The notes below the pieces were generated by a model. It ran no database searches and had not been told where the DNA came from. It was given only the letters and a program-made list of their open reading frames with translations. Shown here piece after piece: positions 9,307 through 18,891 of a stretch of DNA of 64,000 nt (positions are counted from its first letter, which is position 1; each line of letters begins with the position of its first letter). The stretch spans positions 18,275 to 82,274 of the forward strand of contig PXCF01000139.1 in assembly GCA_003566715.1 (NCBI GenBank), given 5' to 3'. The position numbers and the translations under genes were made by a program. The DNA is from Cryomorphaceae bacterium. Lineage in GTDB: Bacteria; Bacteroidota; Bacteroidia; Flavobacteriales; Schleiferiaceae.

Positions 9307-10233
9307 TCAAAGCAACCCCTTACCGATCTTCTTAATCTGCTGATTTTCCTTCAATTGTGCGGTTAATTTATCGAGCACGCCGTTGATAAATACGCCCGAC
9401 TTGGAGGTACTGAATTGCTTGCTTAGTTCGATGTATTCGTTGAAGGTGACTTTGATGGGGATTTGAGAGAAGTATATCAATTCTGCCAGGGCCAGTTTCA
9501 TCAGCAATTTGTCGATAAGTGCGATGCGGTCAGCCTCCCAGTTTTTGGTTTGGCTGCCAATGATCTCCTCAAAGTAGTTGCTGTTTTGAATGGTTTTTTT
9601 CAAAAGTTGCAGGGCAAACTCGTGGTCTTCTTCGGATTTGAAAAGTTCGGGTATGGTCAAAGCGCTTTCAGAACTGTGTTTGATGAGCGCTACCACCAGC
9701 ATCTGCATGGCTTCCAGGTCTTCCGACCAATGGATGTTACGCTCCTCATATAGCTCGTGTAAAGTGTCGTTATAGGCAAAAAACTGCGTATAAATCTCTA
9801 GTACAAATGCTTTTTGGTTGTCCAATGATTGCTCGCCCGTTTTGTAAGCTTCGTATACGGGACTTTCGATGAATTTTTTGTAAACCGTAAACAGTAAGTC
9901 GCGGTCGTCGCCCCAGCGAACACTGTACTCATCGTATAGTGCATTGATGCTTTCGTCAAATCTCAACTGACGGAGAATGGGGTTGTCTACCATGGCCGTG
10001 CTGGGGTTCATGTCCTCGGCCGTGGGCATTTTTTTCTTTTTACCGCGTTCCAAGCGCTCTTCTTCAAAGCGATGAAACTCTCCGAGCGCCTTGGCTTCTA
10101 AGAGAAACAGCCCATAGATATTTCTTAGACTATCCTCCAAGGCCTGTACCGTATTGGTAAGTGAGCGCTCGGTAGCCCGTTGTCCGTAAAGCGATTGTAG
10201 CGCCTTAATGCGCAGTTGACGGCGTGTGATCAT
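9307..10233 (-). CDS. nusB: Transcription antitermination factor NusB (long Bacteroidota form)
   Basis: N-terminal RRQLRIKALQSLY and C-terminal FINGVLDKL motifs. The 308-aa length is typical of Bacteroidota NusB. Confidence 0.8.
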   Translation of the reverse strand: MITRRQLRIKALQSLYGQRATERSLTNTVQALEDSLRNIYGLFLLEAKALGEFHRFEEERLERGKKKKMPTAEDMNPSTAMVDNPILRQLRFDESINALYDEYSVRWGDDRDLLFTVYKKFIESPVYEAYKTGEQSLDNQKAFVLEIYTQFFAYNDTLHELYEERNIHWSEDLEAMQMLVVALIKHSSESALTIPELFKSEEDHEFALQLLKKTIQNSNYFEEIIGSQTKNWEADRIALIDKLLMKLALAELIYFSQIPIKVTFNEYIELSKQFSTSKSGVFINGVLDKLTAQLKENQQIKKIGKGLL

Positions 10234-10242
10234 GGTATCTGT

Positions 10243-11328
10243 TTAAACACTTGCTTTGGCCGCATCCACACGTGCTTGAGCAACTTCAAGTGCTGCTTGG
10301 TGTGTGGTGATGTTTTTGGTTTCTGCGTGGGTGAAAATTTCCAAAGTGGTATCGTATATTTTCTCGGTTCTTCTTAGTGATTCGGCGCGATCGTATTTGG
10401 CAATTTCAGAATATACGTTGATTAAACCTCCGGCGTTGATCAGGAAGTCGGGGGCATATAAAATGCTGCGCTCTGCCAATGCTTTGCCGTGAATGTTTTC
10501 GTCTTTCAATTGATTGTTGGCCGCACCGGCAATGATGCTACAGCGAAAGCGATCTAAGCTTTCATCGTTTACCGTAGCGCCTAGTGCACAGGGAGCGTAA
10601 ACGTCCACATCCGCATCCGCGTAGTGGCCTTCATAGACTTTAGCGCCATATTCGTTGACGGCCATAGCAATGCGGTCTTGGTGGATGTCTTGAATGTATA
10701 CCTCCATACCGGCCTCGGTGAGGTGTTTAACCAATGTAATTCCAACGTTGCCTATACCTTGAACAAGCACTTTACGTCCTTCTAAGTTGTCGCTGCCCCA
10801 CTTGTATTTCGCCGACGCTTTGATGCCCATATAGGTGCCGTAAGCAGTTACCGGAGAAGGGTCGCCGCTGCCTCCCATTTCCACTGGTATGCCGGTGACA
10901 TGCTTGGTTTCTTTCACTACGTGTTCGATGTCTTTGGTGGTAATCCCCACATCTTCTGCGGTGATGTATGATCCGTTCAGACGATCGACCATGCGACCAA
11001 AGGCACGCATCATGGCTTCGGTTTTTTGGGTGCGACTATCACCGATGATCACCGCTTTGCCTCCTCCGAGATTTAAGCCAGAGATGGCTGCTTTAAACGT
11101 CATTCCTCTAGACAGACGAAGGACATCGTTAAGCGCTTCCGCTTCGTTGTTGTAAGCCCACATTCTGGTGCCGCCTAAAGCAGGCCCGAGTACAGTACTG
11201 TGAACACCGATGATGGCTTTAAGGCCACTTTCTTTGTCGTGACAAAAAACGACTTGTTCGTGATCTTTAAAAGAGGGGTTTGAAAATACCAGAGGTTGAA
11301 CGTCAACGGCGGAAGTCGAATGATTCAT
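10243..11328 (-). CDS. Leucine (Glu/Leu/Phe/Val family) dehydrogenase
   Basis: GPALGGTRMW, the catalytic-Lys region GGGKAVIIGD, and the NAD-binding GIGNVG. Confidence 0.85.
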   Translation of the reverse strand: MNHSTSAVDVQPLVFSNPSFKDHEQVVFCHDKESGLKAIIGVHSTVLGPALGGTRMWAYNNEAEALNDVLRLSRGMTFKAAISGLNLGGGKAVIIGDSRTQKTEAMMRAFGRMVDRLNGSYITAEDVGITTKDIEHVVKETKHVTGIPVEMGGSGDPSPVTAYGTYMGIKASAKYKWGSDNLEGRKVLVQGIGNVGITLVKHLTEAGMEVYIQDIHQDRIAMAVNEYGAKVYEGHYADADVDVYAPCALGATVNDESLDRFRCSIIAGAANNQLKDENIHGKALAERSILYAPDFLINAGGLINVYSEIAKYDRAESLRRTEKIYDTTLEIFTHAETKNITTHQAALEVAQARVDAAKASV

Positions 11329-11415
11329 ATCAGTGCAGGTTTGTATTAGTCAAATTTAATGGCAAAAGTGGTAAAAATCTTGCTATGGCTTAAACATTAA
11401 CCGTCGGTCAGGGAT

Positions 11416-11423
11416 TACCTTTG
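11416..11423 (+). promoter_or_regulatory. Candidate -7 box (TAnnTTTG) for the ABC exporter gene
   Basis: TACCTTTG lies 85 nt upstream of the ATG at 11508. Confidence 0.25.
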
Positions 11424-11507
11424 CGTTCAGTTTTAAATACCGCGCTAAGCCGCTGCGAAATTAACCCAAAACACCGGCTGGAGCAAACCGCTAGAGAAAA
11501 TAATCAC

Positions 11508-13283
11508 ATGCGTCACCTTTTTACGCTCAATCACTATTTCGTCAAATACAAGTGGCACCTGCTCGGTGGGATAACCTTCGTATTGATATCGGTGCTCTTC
11601 AGTGTGATACCACCGCAGTATGTACGTGAATCCTTCAATGCGGTGGAAGATGCCATAAAAGCCAATGCAAATAACGGGACGACTGGTGTGTCAAAAGATA
11701 CCCAGCGCTTGATTCTCATGTATGGCTTAATCATCATTGGGGCAGCTTTGCTAAAAGGGGTCTTTATGTTTTTTATGCGACAAACACTCATTGTTATGTC
11801 GCGGCACATCGAATATGATTTAAAAAATCAGGTTTACGAGCATTACCAAAAGCTCAGTCAGCGCTTTTACCGCGCCAACAGCACCGGCGATTTAATGAAC
11901 CGCATCAGTGAAGACGTAAGTCGCGTGAGGATGTACTTGGGGCCCGCCTTGATGTATGGTATCAATACATCCATATTGGTTATTGTGGTGATCCAGCGTA
12001 TGGTGGCCATCAATCCAACATTGACCTTATATACATTGGTGCCGTTGCCCATTTTGTCGTATTTGATTTATCGGGTCAGTCACCTCATCAACCGACGCAG
12101 TGAGCGGGTTCAGGCGCAGCTGTCGACCATCAGTACTTTTGTACAGGAAACACTTTCCGGCATTCGCGTAATCAAGGCCAACGCCAAAGAAGAATACTTA
12201 GCCGATAAATACGACGAGCAAGCAGATATTTATTTTGAAAAAAATGAGCGACTCTACCGTATAAATGCGCTCTTTGGACCTTTGATGCTCTTGCTGGTTG
12301 GCTTGTCCACCATCATCATTATTTATATCGGCGGCATGGAAGCCATCCGCGGTGAGATTACCATTGGTAACATCGCCGAGTTTATTATGTATGTCAACAT
12401 GCTCACTTGGCCAGTTGCGTCTATTGGTTGGGTGACTTCCATCGTGCAGAGAGCAGAAGCTTCGATGGAGAGACTAAACGATTTCCTCAACGAAGACCCC
12501 GATATCGTCAACCCATCACAAGAACCGTTGACGGTTAATGGTACCATTCGCTGGGACAATGTCTCCTTTACCTATTCCCACACCGGCATCAATGCGTTAA
12601 AGGATGTTAGTTTTGAGATTGAAGCTGGAAAAACACTGGCCATCATTGGGGAGACCGGATCGGGAAAGTCTACAGTTGCAGCCTTAATGACCCGTTTGTT
12701 TGATCCTACTTCCGGACAAATAATGGTGGATGGCCACACATTGCGCACGCTAAACCTCGATGCGTTTCGAGAGCAAATCAGCATCGTTCCTCAAGACGTT
12801 TTCCTTTTCTCCGACACCATTGCCAACAACATCGCTTTTGGCGTTCACGACGCTACGCCGGAAACCATCGAACAAGCAGCAGAATTGGCAGGACTGCACC
12901 AAAATGTTATGGATTTCCCCAAGGGCTATGAGACCAGGCTGGGGGAGAGGGGGGTCACCCTTTCCGGTGGACAAAAACAACGTACCGCTCTTGCCCGCGC
13001 GCTGATTAAAAATCCGAAAATCCTCATCCTCGACGATTGTTTATCCGCCGTAGATACCGAAACGGAAGAACGCATTTTGCGTAGTTTGCGTCAATATTCA
13101 AGTTCTATAACTACCATCATCATCTCCCACAGAGTATCGTCTGTCAAACATGCCGACAACATCATTGTCTTGAAAAACGGGCAAGTTACCGAAAGAGGTA
13201 ACCACGATTCACTCATGAAAAAGCAGGGATATTATGCGGATATTTATGAGAAGCAGTTAAAGGAGGAGATGAAGGTCAATTAA
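11508..13283 (+). CDS. ABC transporter, fused permease/ATPase (MsbA-like exporter)
   Basis: Six-TM N-terminal domain, Walker A GETGSGKST, signature LSGGQKQR and Walker B ILILDD. I used the ATG at 11508. Confidence 0.88.
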   Translation: MRHLFTLNHYFVKYKWHLLGGITFVLISVLFSVIPPQYVRESFNAVEDAIKANANNGTTGVSKDTQRLILMYGLIIIGAALLKGVFMFFMRQTLIVMSRHIEYDLKNQVYEHYQKLSQRFYRANSTGDLMNRISEDVSRVRMYLGPALMYGINTSILVIVVIQRMVAINPTLTLYTLVPLPILSYLIYRVSHLINRRSERVQAQLSTISTFVQETLSGIRVIKANAKEEYLADKYDEQADIYFEKNERLYRINALFGPLMLLLVGLSTIIIIYIGGMEAIRGEITIGNIAEFIMYVNMLTWPVASIGWVTSIVQRAEASMERLNDFLNEDPDIVNPSQEPLTVNGTIRWDNVSFTYSHTGINALKDVSFEIEAGKTLAIIGETGSGKSTVAALMTRLFDPTSGQIMVDGHTLRTLNLDAFREQISIVPQDVFLFSDTIANNIAFGVHDATPETIEQAAELAGLHQNVMDFPKGYETRLGERGVTLSGGQKQRTALARALIKNPKILILDDCLSAVDTETEERILRSLRQYSSSITTIIISHRVSSVKHADNIIVLKNGQVTERGNHDSLMKKQGYYADIYEKQLKEEMKVN

Positions 13284-13346
13284 CAATACAAACAAATCTT
13301 TTTCCCATAACATCCAGCCGTACAAGTACGACTCAGCAACCAAACA

Positions 13347-14201
13347 TCAATCAATCAGCTTCTTCTGTGCTACTTGCACCACTTTATGGTTGGCTTTGTT
13401 GCGCAAGAATGTTACAATGTAGAGGTTGCTGGCTTCTAAGCCGCTGCCGAGTTGTTCACTCTTGGAATAGGTTTCAACGGCTCCTCTTGCCCAGATATTG
13501 GTGCCTATATCCTCACCAAAATGGTGGGAGAGTGACTGGCGAAACATGTAATTGTGAACATACTCCTCGTCAACATCATAGTTGGGAAGTATTTGCGGAG
13601 CGATGATGTTATTCTCAATTACAAAAACAGATAGCACCAATTCTTCGGAGTAATTTTCCAAGGCTTCAATATCGATATCTACCGAGGCGTTTCTCGAAGC
13701 GTTGTCCCACTCGGTTTTAATTCTAATGTCAAACAAAGGGTCATTATCCAATTCAGATTGAACGTGCGTGGCCCAGCCGCCGTGTTGTTTCATATGTCCG
13801 GTGCCAGTGCTGGTGTAATTTAATCGGTTTACCATCCCAACAGGAATGCCAAAAAACCTGTAGAAGTTAAAAATGGCTGTTCCTTCCGGGGTGCGCCAAT
13901 CATCAGGTAATTTACTGGTTGGGCCGGCGAAATTGTCCAGAACATGATAGCTGACGACCACTATTTTATCCCCAAAAGTGTTTTTGATTTGTGTAGACGT
14001 CACTTCGGCATTTGGACAGTTGTTGCAGCGGTGACCGGTAAACTTTTCAATCAGTACGCGCTGAACAGCCTCTTCGACTTCTCCGCCACCACCGCCGGTG
14101 TTACCACCGCCTTGCCTTACAGGCTCTTCAATGATATCACAAGAAGAAATAAGAAAGGCGCTAAACGCCAATAGAACGAGGTAGGAAAAATGCTTTTTCA
14201 T
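13347..14201 (-). CDS. Omp28-related / thioredoxin-fold outer-membrane lipoprotein
   Basis: MKKHFSYLVLLAFSAFLISSC lipobox, a Gly-rich linker, and EKFTGHRCNNCP resembling the Omp28-family E-FTG-WC--CP motif. Confidence 0.5.
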   Translation of the reverse strand: MKKHFSYLVLLAFSAFLISSCDIIEEPVRQGGGNTGGGGGEVEEAVQRVLIEKFTGHRCNNCPNAEVTSTQIKNTFGDKIVVVSYHVLDNFAGPTSKLPDDWRTPEGTAIFNFYRFFGIPVGMVNRLNYTSTGTGHMKQHGGWATHVQSELDNDPLFDIRIKTEWDNASRNASVDIDIEALENYSEELVLSVFVIENNIIAPQILPNYDVDEEYVHNYMFRQSLSHHFGEDIGTNIWARGAVETYSKSEQLGSGLEASNLYIVTFLRNKANHKVVQVAQKKLID

Positions 14202-14255
14202 GAGTGTGATAAATTGAAGGCGTAAAATATGAACGCTGCTAAGATACAAAATTTA

Positions 14256-16196
14256 TCAATTACCACTTTTAATAAATTGCGAATATGTTTTTGATATATG
14301 TTGAAATTCAGGGTCGTGCTTGGCGAAATAGGCCGCTAGATTAGGCCTTCTCCGGGTTTCTTGGGGTTCAGACGCCCACATGAGAATGGCTTTTTCAATC
14401 AATGGGTTAAACTTGGGGTTGCCATGATCAACCGCATATACCTGACTTAAAAAACCCAAAGCTTCGTGGTGATTGTTGTCGCGTAAACGCAGTTCAGCCA
14501 TATTGAGAAGTGATGCGGTAAAGTGCGGGGAATATTCCAGCGTTTGCAAATAAAATGCCTCGGCACGCTTCAAGAAATCGTCGTGGCGATCTACACCTGG
14601 TAAACTGTTGATTAATGTCTGACGCTCTTTGGGGTTCAAGTTGTCGTTACACATGCGGAAGAAGTCCCCCATTTGTTGCAAGGTAGGTAAGTTGTGAGGG
14701 GTAATGGCTAGGGCTTCTGAAAAAGCGTCGAAGGCTTGGGGCAACTGTTTCTGCGCGAAAAATGCCAACCCTTGGTAATAATACAAACTGTTGGCAACAC
14801 GATCGAGATTGTAATACGGATTCAATGTCTTATCTACAGCATCAATGAGTTGACGAGGGTTTCGGCGTTCGTGGGCCGATATAACACTGCTCAATTGAGC
14901 ATCGCCTTGCAGTCGGTGATAACCAACGTAGGTGCTCGTCAACATCACCGCAATCATTACGTAGGCAAGGATAGAGCGTTGGTTAAGCTTGAGATTGATG
15001 CCTGGCGCATGGCGTAGAAAATACCCCGCCAAGAACAGCATCAAAAATAGATGCTCTGGTCGTTCCAGTGGAAAATCAAAAAAGCTAAATATTAGATATC
15101 CCAACCAAGCAAAAATAGCCGCTAAGTGAAAGTGAAAATGGACGGTTTCTTTGGGTTTGTAAAAAAAAGCAGCAATGGTGGTCAGCAAAAGAAATCCCCA
15201 ATATCCCAAGGCACCTATCCAGCCCGACTCCGAAAGCACCCATAGGTAGTCGTTGTGTGGACGCAGTAATTGTGTTTTTCCTTGTTCTACCGAATGGTTA
15301 ACGCCTTCCAGCCCTTGCGTGGGCAGATGAATCTTCCACATGCCCGGCCCTACGCCATGGGGGTTTTCTTGCCACATATTGACCGATTTTTGCCAAAAAG
15401 CAACTCGGTGATTCAGGTTGGTGGCATCGGCTGCCTCATTGATGTTGAGGGCGTAAAGTGCTAGTATGCTCACAGGTATACCGATGATAGGTAAGAGCAG
15501 AAGCTTGGATACGGGAAGCTCGTTTGTTTTTGCGTGAAAATAGTAAAGCATCAATACGACCGGAACAGCCGTCATAACACCAATCCAAAGCGATCGCGTT
15601 CGCAAGGCCACCACGCAAATAAGTGCGAGAATCGCGCTGATGAAAAATAGTTTTCGGAGTAGCCCATTCTGGTCGTAACGCGCGGCAAACAACAAAAAGC
15701 CACCGCCAACAAACAACAACATGGTCAGCATGTTTTTATGTCCACCCAATCCTTGAATTTTGTAGAGATTCTCGGAAAGTGAACCATCAAGTGTGTACTT
15801 AAGGAGAGGGAAAATAGCTGATAGCAAAACGATGATAAAGGCAAACCCCATCCAGCGACTCAATGTAGCTCTATCCAGCTCGTCTCTTCTCCAGAATACA
15901 GAAATAGCCAAAGCCCCAATGGATACGCCTGCATATTTCCAAAATACCGATAGCGCTTCCGGCGCATTAACTGCCTGAATGGCAAGGGGGAGTTGCCATA
16001 TCAGCCAGATGAATATACCTATCCATGCCCAACTGAAGCCACGGACTTCTTTTCTAAAGTAAAAAACAATCGCGGAAACCCCCACGGTGATGGAGAGCCA
16101 CTTAACGGCCATCGAAGGATCGGGGAAGTCGGGTGTGTACACCAACAGAATGGCAATGATGAAAACACCGATAAGTTGCGAAATTCGTTGGGGCAT
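14256..16196 (-). CDS. O-antigen ligase (Wzy_C) family membrane protein with C-terminal TPR-like repeats
   Basis: About 10 TM segments, an RPHNDYLWVLSESGWIGALGY loop (Wzy_C-like), and a soluble helical-repeat C-terminus. Confidence 0.6.
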   Translation of the reverse strand: MPQRISQLIGVFIIAILLVYTPDFPDPSMAVKWLSITVGVSAIVFYFRKEVRGFSWAWIGIFIWLIWQLPLAIQAVNAPEALSVFWKYAGVSIGALAISVFWRRDELDRATLSRWMGFAFIIVLLSAIFPLLKYTLDGSLSENLYKIQGLGGHKNMLTMLLFVGGGFLLFAARYDQNGLLRKLFFISAILALICVVALRTRSLWIGVMTAVPVVLMLYYFHAKTNELPVSKLLLLPIIGIPVSILALYALNINEAADATNLNHRVAFWQKSVNMWQENPHGVGPGMWKIHLPTQGLEGVNHSVEQGKTQLLRPHNDYLWVLSESGWIGALGYWGFLLLTTIAAFFYKPKETVHFHFHLAAIFAWLGYLIFSFFDFPLERPEHLFLMLFLAGYFLRHAPGINLKLNQRSILAYVMIAVMLTSTYVGYHRLQGDAQLSSVISAHERRNPRQLIDAVDKTLNPYYNLDRVANSLYYYQGLAFFAQKQLPQAFDAFSEALAITPHNLPTLQQMGDFFRMCNDNLNPKERQTLINSLPGVDRHDDFLKRAEAFYLQTLEYSPHFTASLLNMAELRLRDNNHHEALGFLSQVYAVDHGNPKFNPLIEKAILMWASEPQETRRRPNLAAYFAKHDPEFQHISKTYSQFIKSGN

Positions 16197-16207
16197 GACA
16201 AACGATG

Positions 16208-17002
16208 TTAAGAGCTTAAATCACCGGCCATTTCTACCAGTTCGGCCAAGTCAAGTACTTTGATGCTGCCTTCTTTTTCTTTGTTTTTTACGCCATCGCT
16301 CATCATGGTATTGCAAAACGGACAAGCGGAGGCAATGATTTCCGGCTCGGTTTCCAATGCTTCTTCCGTGCGCTCGATGTTGATGTCTTTATTGCCCTTT
16401 TCCGGTTCTTTAAACATTTGAGCACCGCCTGCGCCACAGCATAGGCCTTTGGATTTACAGCGACGCATCTCTACAAACTCTGCTTCGATGGTCTCGATGA
16501 GTTTGCGCGGTGCTTCGTATTCGCCATTGGCGCGACCGAGGTAACAGGGGTCATGAAATGTGATGCGTTTTCCTTTGAGTTTACCGCCTTCAATTTTCAA
16601 CTTACCGGATTCTAAAAGATCTTTTAGGTACTGTGTGTGGTGCATCACCTCGTAGTTGCCTCCCAGTGCGGGGTATTCGTTCTTTAGGGTGTTAAAACAA
16701 TGCGGACAGGTGGTGACAATTTTTTTGATTTCGTAGCCATTGAGCACTTCAATATTGGTCATGGCTTGCATTTGAAAGAGAAATTCATTGCCAGCGCGTT
16801 TGGCCGGGTCGCCGGTGCAGCTCTCCTCTTTTCCAAGTATGGCTACATTGACACCGGCTTGCAATAATATGCGGGCAAAGGCTTTAGTGATTTTTTTGGC
16901 ACGGTCGTCAAAACTTCCGGCACATCCCACCCAAAATAATACATCGGGTTGTTTGCCTTGGGCCATTAAATCGGCCATGCTGGGTATGGATTGTTGACTC
17001 AT
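16208..17002 (-). CDS. (Fe-S)-binding protein with two CCG cysteine-rich domains (HdrB/GlpC/DsrK-like)
   Basis: Cys motifs VGCAGSF, TTCPHCFNT, CCGAGG and ACPFCNTM. Confidence 0.8.
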   Translation of the reverse strand: MSQQSIPSMADLMAQGKQPDVLFWVGCAGSFDDRAKKITKAFARILLQAGVNVAILGKEESCTGDPAKRAGNEFLFQMQAMTNIEVLNGYEIKKIVTTCPHCFNTLKNEYPALGGNYEVMHHTQYLKDLLESGKLKIEGGKLKGKRITFHDPCYLGRANGEYEAPRKLIETIEAEFVEMRRCKSKGLCCGAGGAQMFKEPEKGNKDINIERTEEALETEPEIIASACPFCNTMMSDGVKNKEKEGSIKVLDLAELVEMAGDLSS

Positions 17003-17012
17003 TCTAATTGTT

Positions 17013-17570
17013 TTAAGGCTTTTTATAAAAGGTTCCGTCTTTTTTTAACACGGTAAAACGTCGGTTCTGTTGGGGCTGAAAAACAAACATCTCGATGCCG
17101 TCTGAAGGGCGCTCACCGATAATGACGTCTGTGAGCGTATCATTTCCCGCTACAAATTCAGGCAAAATAGTGGTGAATTCTCCGGGGTTAATCATACCGT
17201 TGAAAATATCAATGGCCCAGCGAACGTTGCCCTCGAGATCTCTCATTGTCATTTTATCACCATCTTCAAACCCACGGGATTGCAGGGTTAAATTAAACGT
17301 TTCGTTGCCTGAAGTGTGAATCATTGTCACCAATTGACTGGTGGATTCAACACCTTCGCCATCGTCGCCAATGGGGACGATGTTGTGGATGTAGGCGCCA
17401 AAAGACAAGTAGATGGTGTCGTTTACATCGTTGATGTTGATATACGGAGCTTGACTTATAGAATCCGGCATCAACGCACGAGATTGGGTAACGATGGGCC
17501 ATATCGTTTCTTCTCTTGCGCAATTGGCAAACAAGAAAGAGACGATTAAAGTAATCATGAGCTTTTGCAT
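17013..17570 (-). CDS. Hypothetical lipoprotein
   Basis: MQKLMITLIVSFLFANC lipobox. The gene sits between the two Fe-S genes with gaps of 5 and 10 nt. Confidence 0.55.
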   Translation of the reverse strand: MQKLMITLIVSFLFANCAREETIWPIVTQSRALMPDSISQAPYININDVNDTIYLSFGAYIHNIVPIGDDGEGVESTSQLVTMIHTSGNETFNLTLQSRGFEDGDKMTMRDLEGNVRWAIDIFNGMINPGEFTTILPEFVAGNDTLTDVIIGERPSDGIEMFVFQPQQNRRFTVLKKDGTFYKKP

Positions 17571-17575
17571 ATCGA

Positions 17576-18889
17576 TTACAATTCAGAGGCCCAGTTGGCA
17601 CGATCGTCTTGAGGGAATTGCCAAGGCGCTCCGTTGTTTTCAACATTGGTCATCATTAGGTTGAGCTCTTGGGCAGCACTGGACTCTTCCATCACCATGT
17701 ACTGGCGCATTTTCATGATAATATCAAGTGGGTCAATCTGTACCGGACAGGCTTCCACACAAGCGTTGCAAGTGGTACATGCCCAAAGTTCTTCGCGACT
17801 GATATGGTCGTCAAGTAGGGACTTGCCGTCGTCTTGAAATGAGCCTTTATTGGCATCGATGTTGGCTCCAACAATTTCCGCGCGATCGCGCACATCCATC
17901 ATGATTTTCCTTGGTGAAAGCTTTTTTCCGGTTTGATTGGCCGGACATTCCGCCGTACAGCGACCACATTCGGTACACGCATAGGCGTTCATGATATTGA
18001 TCCAGTCTAAGTCCATGACGTCTTTGGCGCCAAATCGCTCGGGCTCTGCCTGTCCTTCCGCAGGTGCCGCGTAGGGGTCGGCATTGGGGTCCATCATCAT
18101 TTTCACCTCTTTGGTAACGGTTTCGTTGTTGGCAAACTTCCCCTTGGGATTCAAATTGGCATACCACGTATTGGGAAAGGCCAATATGATGTGAAAGTGC
18201 TTGGAAAATGGCAGGTAATTGAGGAAGGCAAGTATCCCTATGATGTGTGTCCACCAGAAAATTCTTTCGGCGGTGTGTAGTCCTTCCTGACTCATGCCGG
18301 AAAAGAAACTCGCCAAGTATTGACTTACAATGTAAGGGCCGGCAACAGCCGCTTCCATATTGGCTTCCGAGGCATTCATAAGTAATAGGGCAAACATCAA
18401 AACGATTTCAATAACGAGGATGTAGTTGCCGTCTTTGGTTGGCCATCCTTTCATTTCATCCTTGTGAAAACGCGGTAAGCGCTGCACGTTTCTTCGCCAC
18501 AAAAACACCACACAGGCAACGATGACCAAAACGGCCAATACTTCGAAGAAGTTAATGGCCGAGGTATAAACAGCTCCTAAGGGTGATGCCAAAATGCGGT
18601 GGGTACCAAAAATTCCGTCGATGAGGATTTCTAAAACCTCAATATTGATGAGAACAAAACCAACATAGATTAGGATATGAAAAAATCCAGCAATGGGGCG
18701 TTTCACCATTTTACTTTGTCCAAAGGCGACCAAGCCCATGTTTTTCCAGCGTTCACTTTTGTTGTTGGTTCGATTCACATCCTTGCCCAGCATGATGTTG
18801 CGGCGAATTTTACCCACATTTTTGGCAAATATGGCGATGGCAACAACCAATGCTGCTAGGAAAATGATGTTTGCAATTCCGAAACTCAT
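17576..18889 (-). CDS. Membrane-anchored (Fe-S)-binding protein: polytopic N-terminal domain with conserved His, plus a 2x[4Fe-4S] ferredoxin domain (HdrE+C / DsrM+K-like)
   Basis: About 5-6 TM helices containing FHILIY, WWTHIIG and SKHFHIIL, followed by CTECGRCTAECP and CTTCNACVEACP. Confidence 0.8.
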   Translation of the reverse strand: MSFGIANIIFLAALVVAIAIFAKNVGKIRRNIMLGKDVNRTNNKSERWKNMGLVAFGQSKMVKRPIAGFFHILIYVGFVLINIEVLEILIDGIFGTHRILASPLGAVYTSAINFFEVLAVLVIVACVVFLWRRNVQRLPRFHKDEMKGWPTKDGNYILVIEIVLMFALLLMNASEANMEAAVAGPYIVSQYLASFFSGMSQEGLHTAERIFWWTHIIGILAFLNYLPFSKHFHIILAFPNTWYANLNPKGKFANNETVTKEVKMMMDPNADPYAAPAEGQAEPERFGAKDVMDLDWINIMNAYACTECGRCTAECPANQTGKKLSPRKIMMDVRDRAEIVGANIDANKGSFQDDGKSLLDDHISREELWACTTCNACVEACPVQIDPLDIIMKMRQYMVMEESSAAQELNLMMTNVENNGAPWQFPQDDRANWASEL

Positions 18890-18891
18890 GG

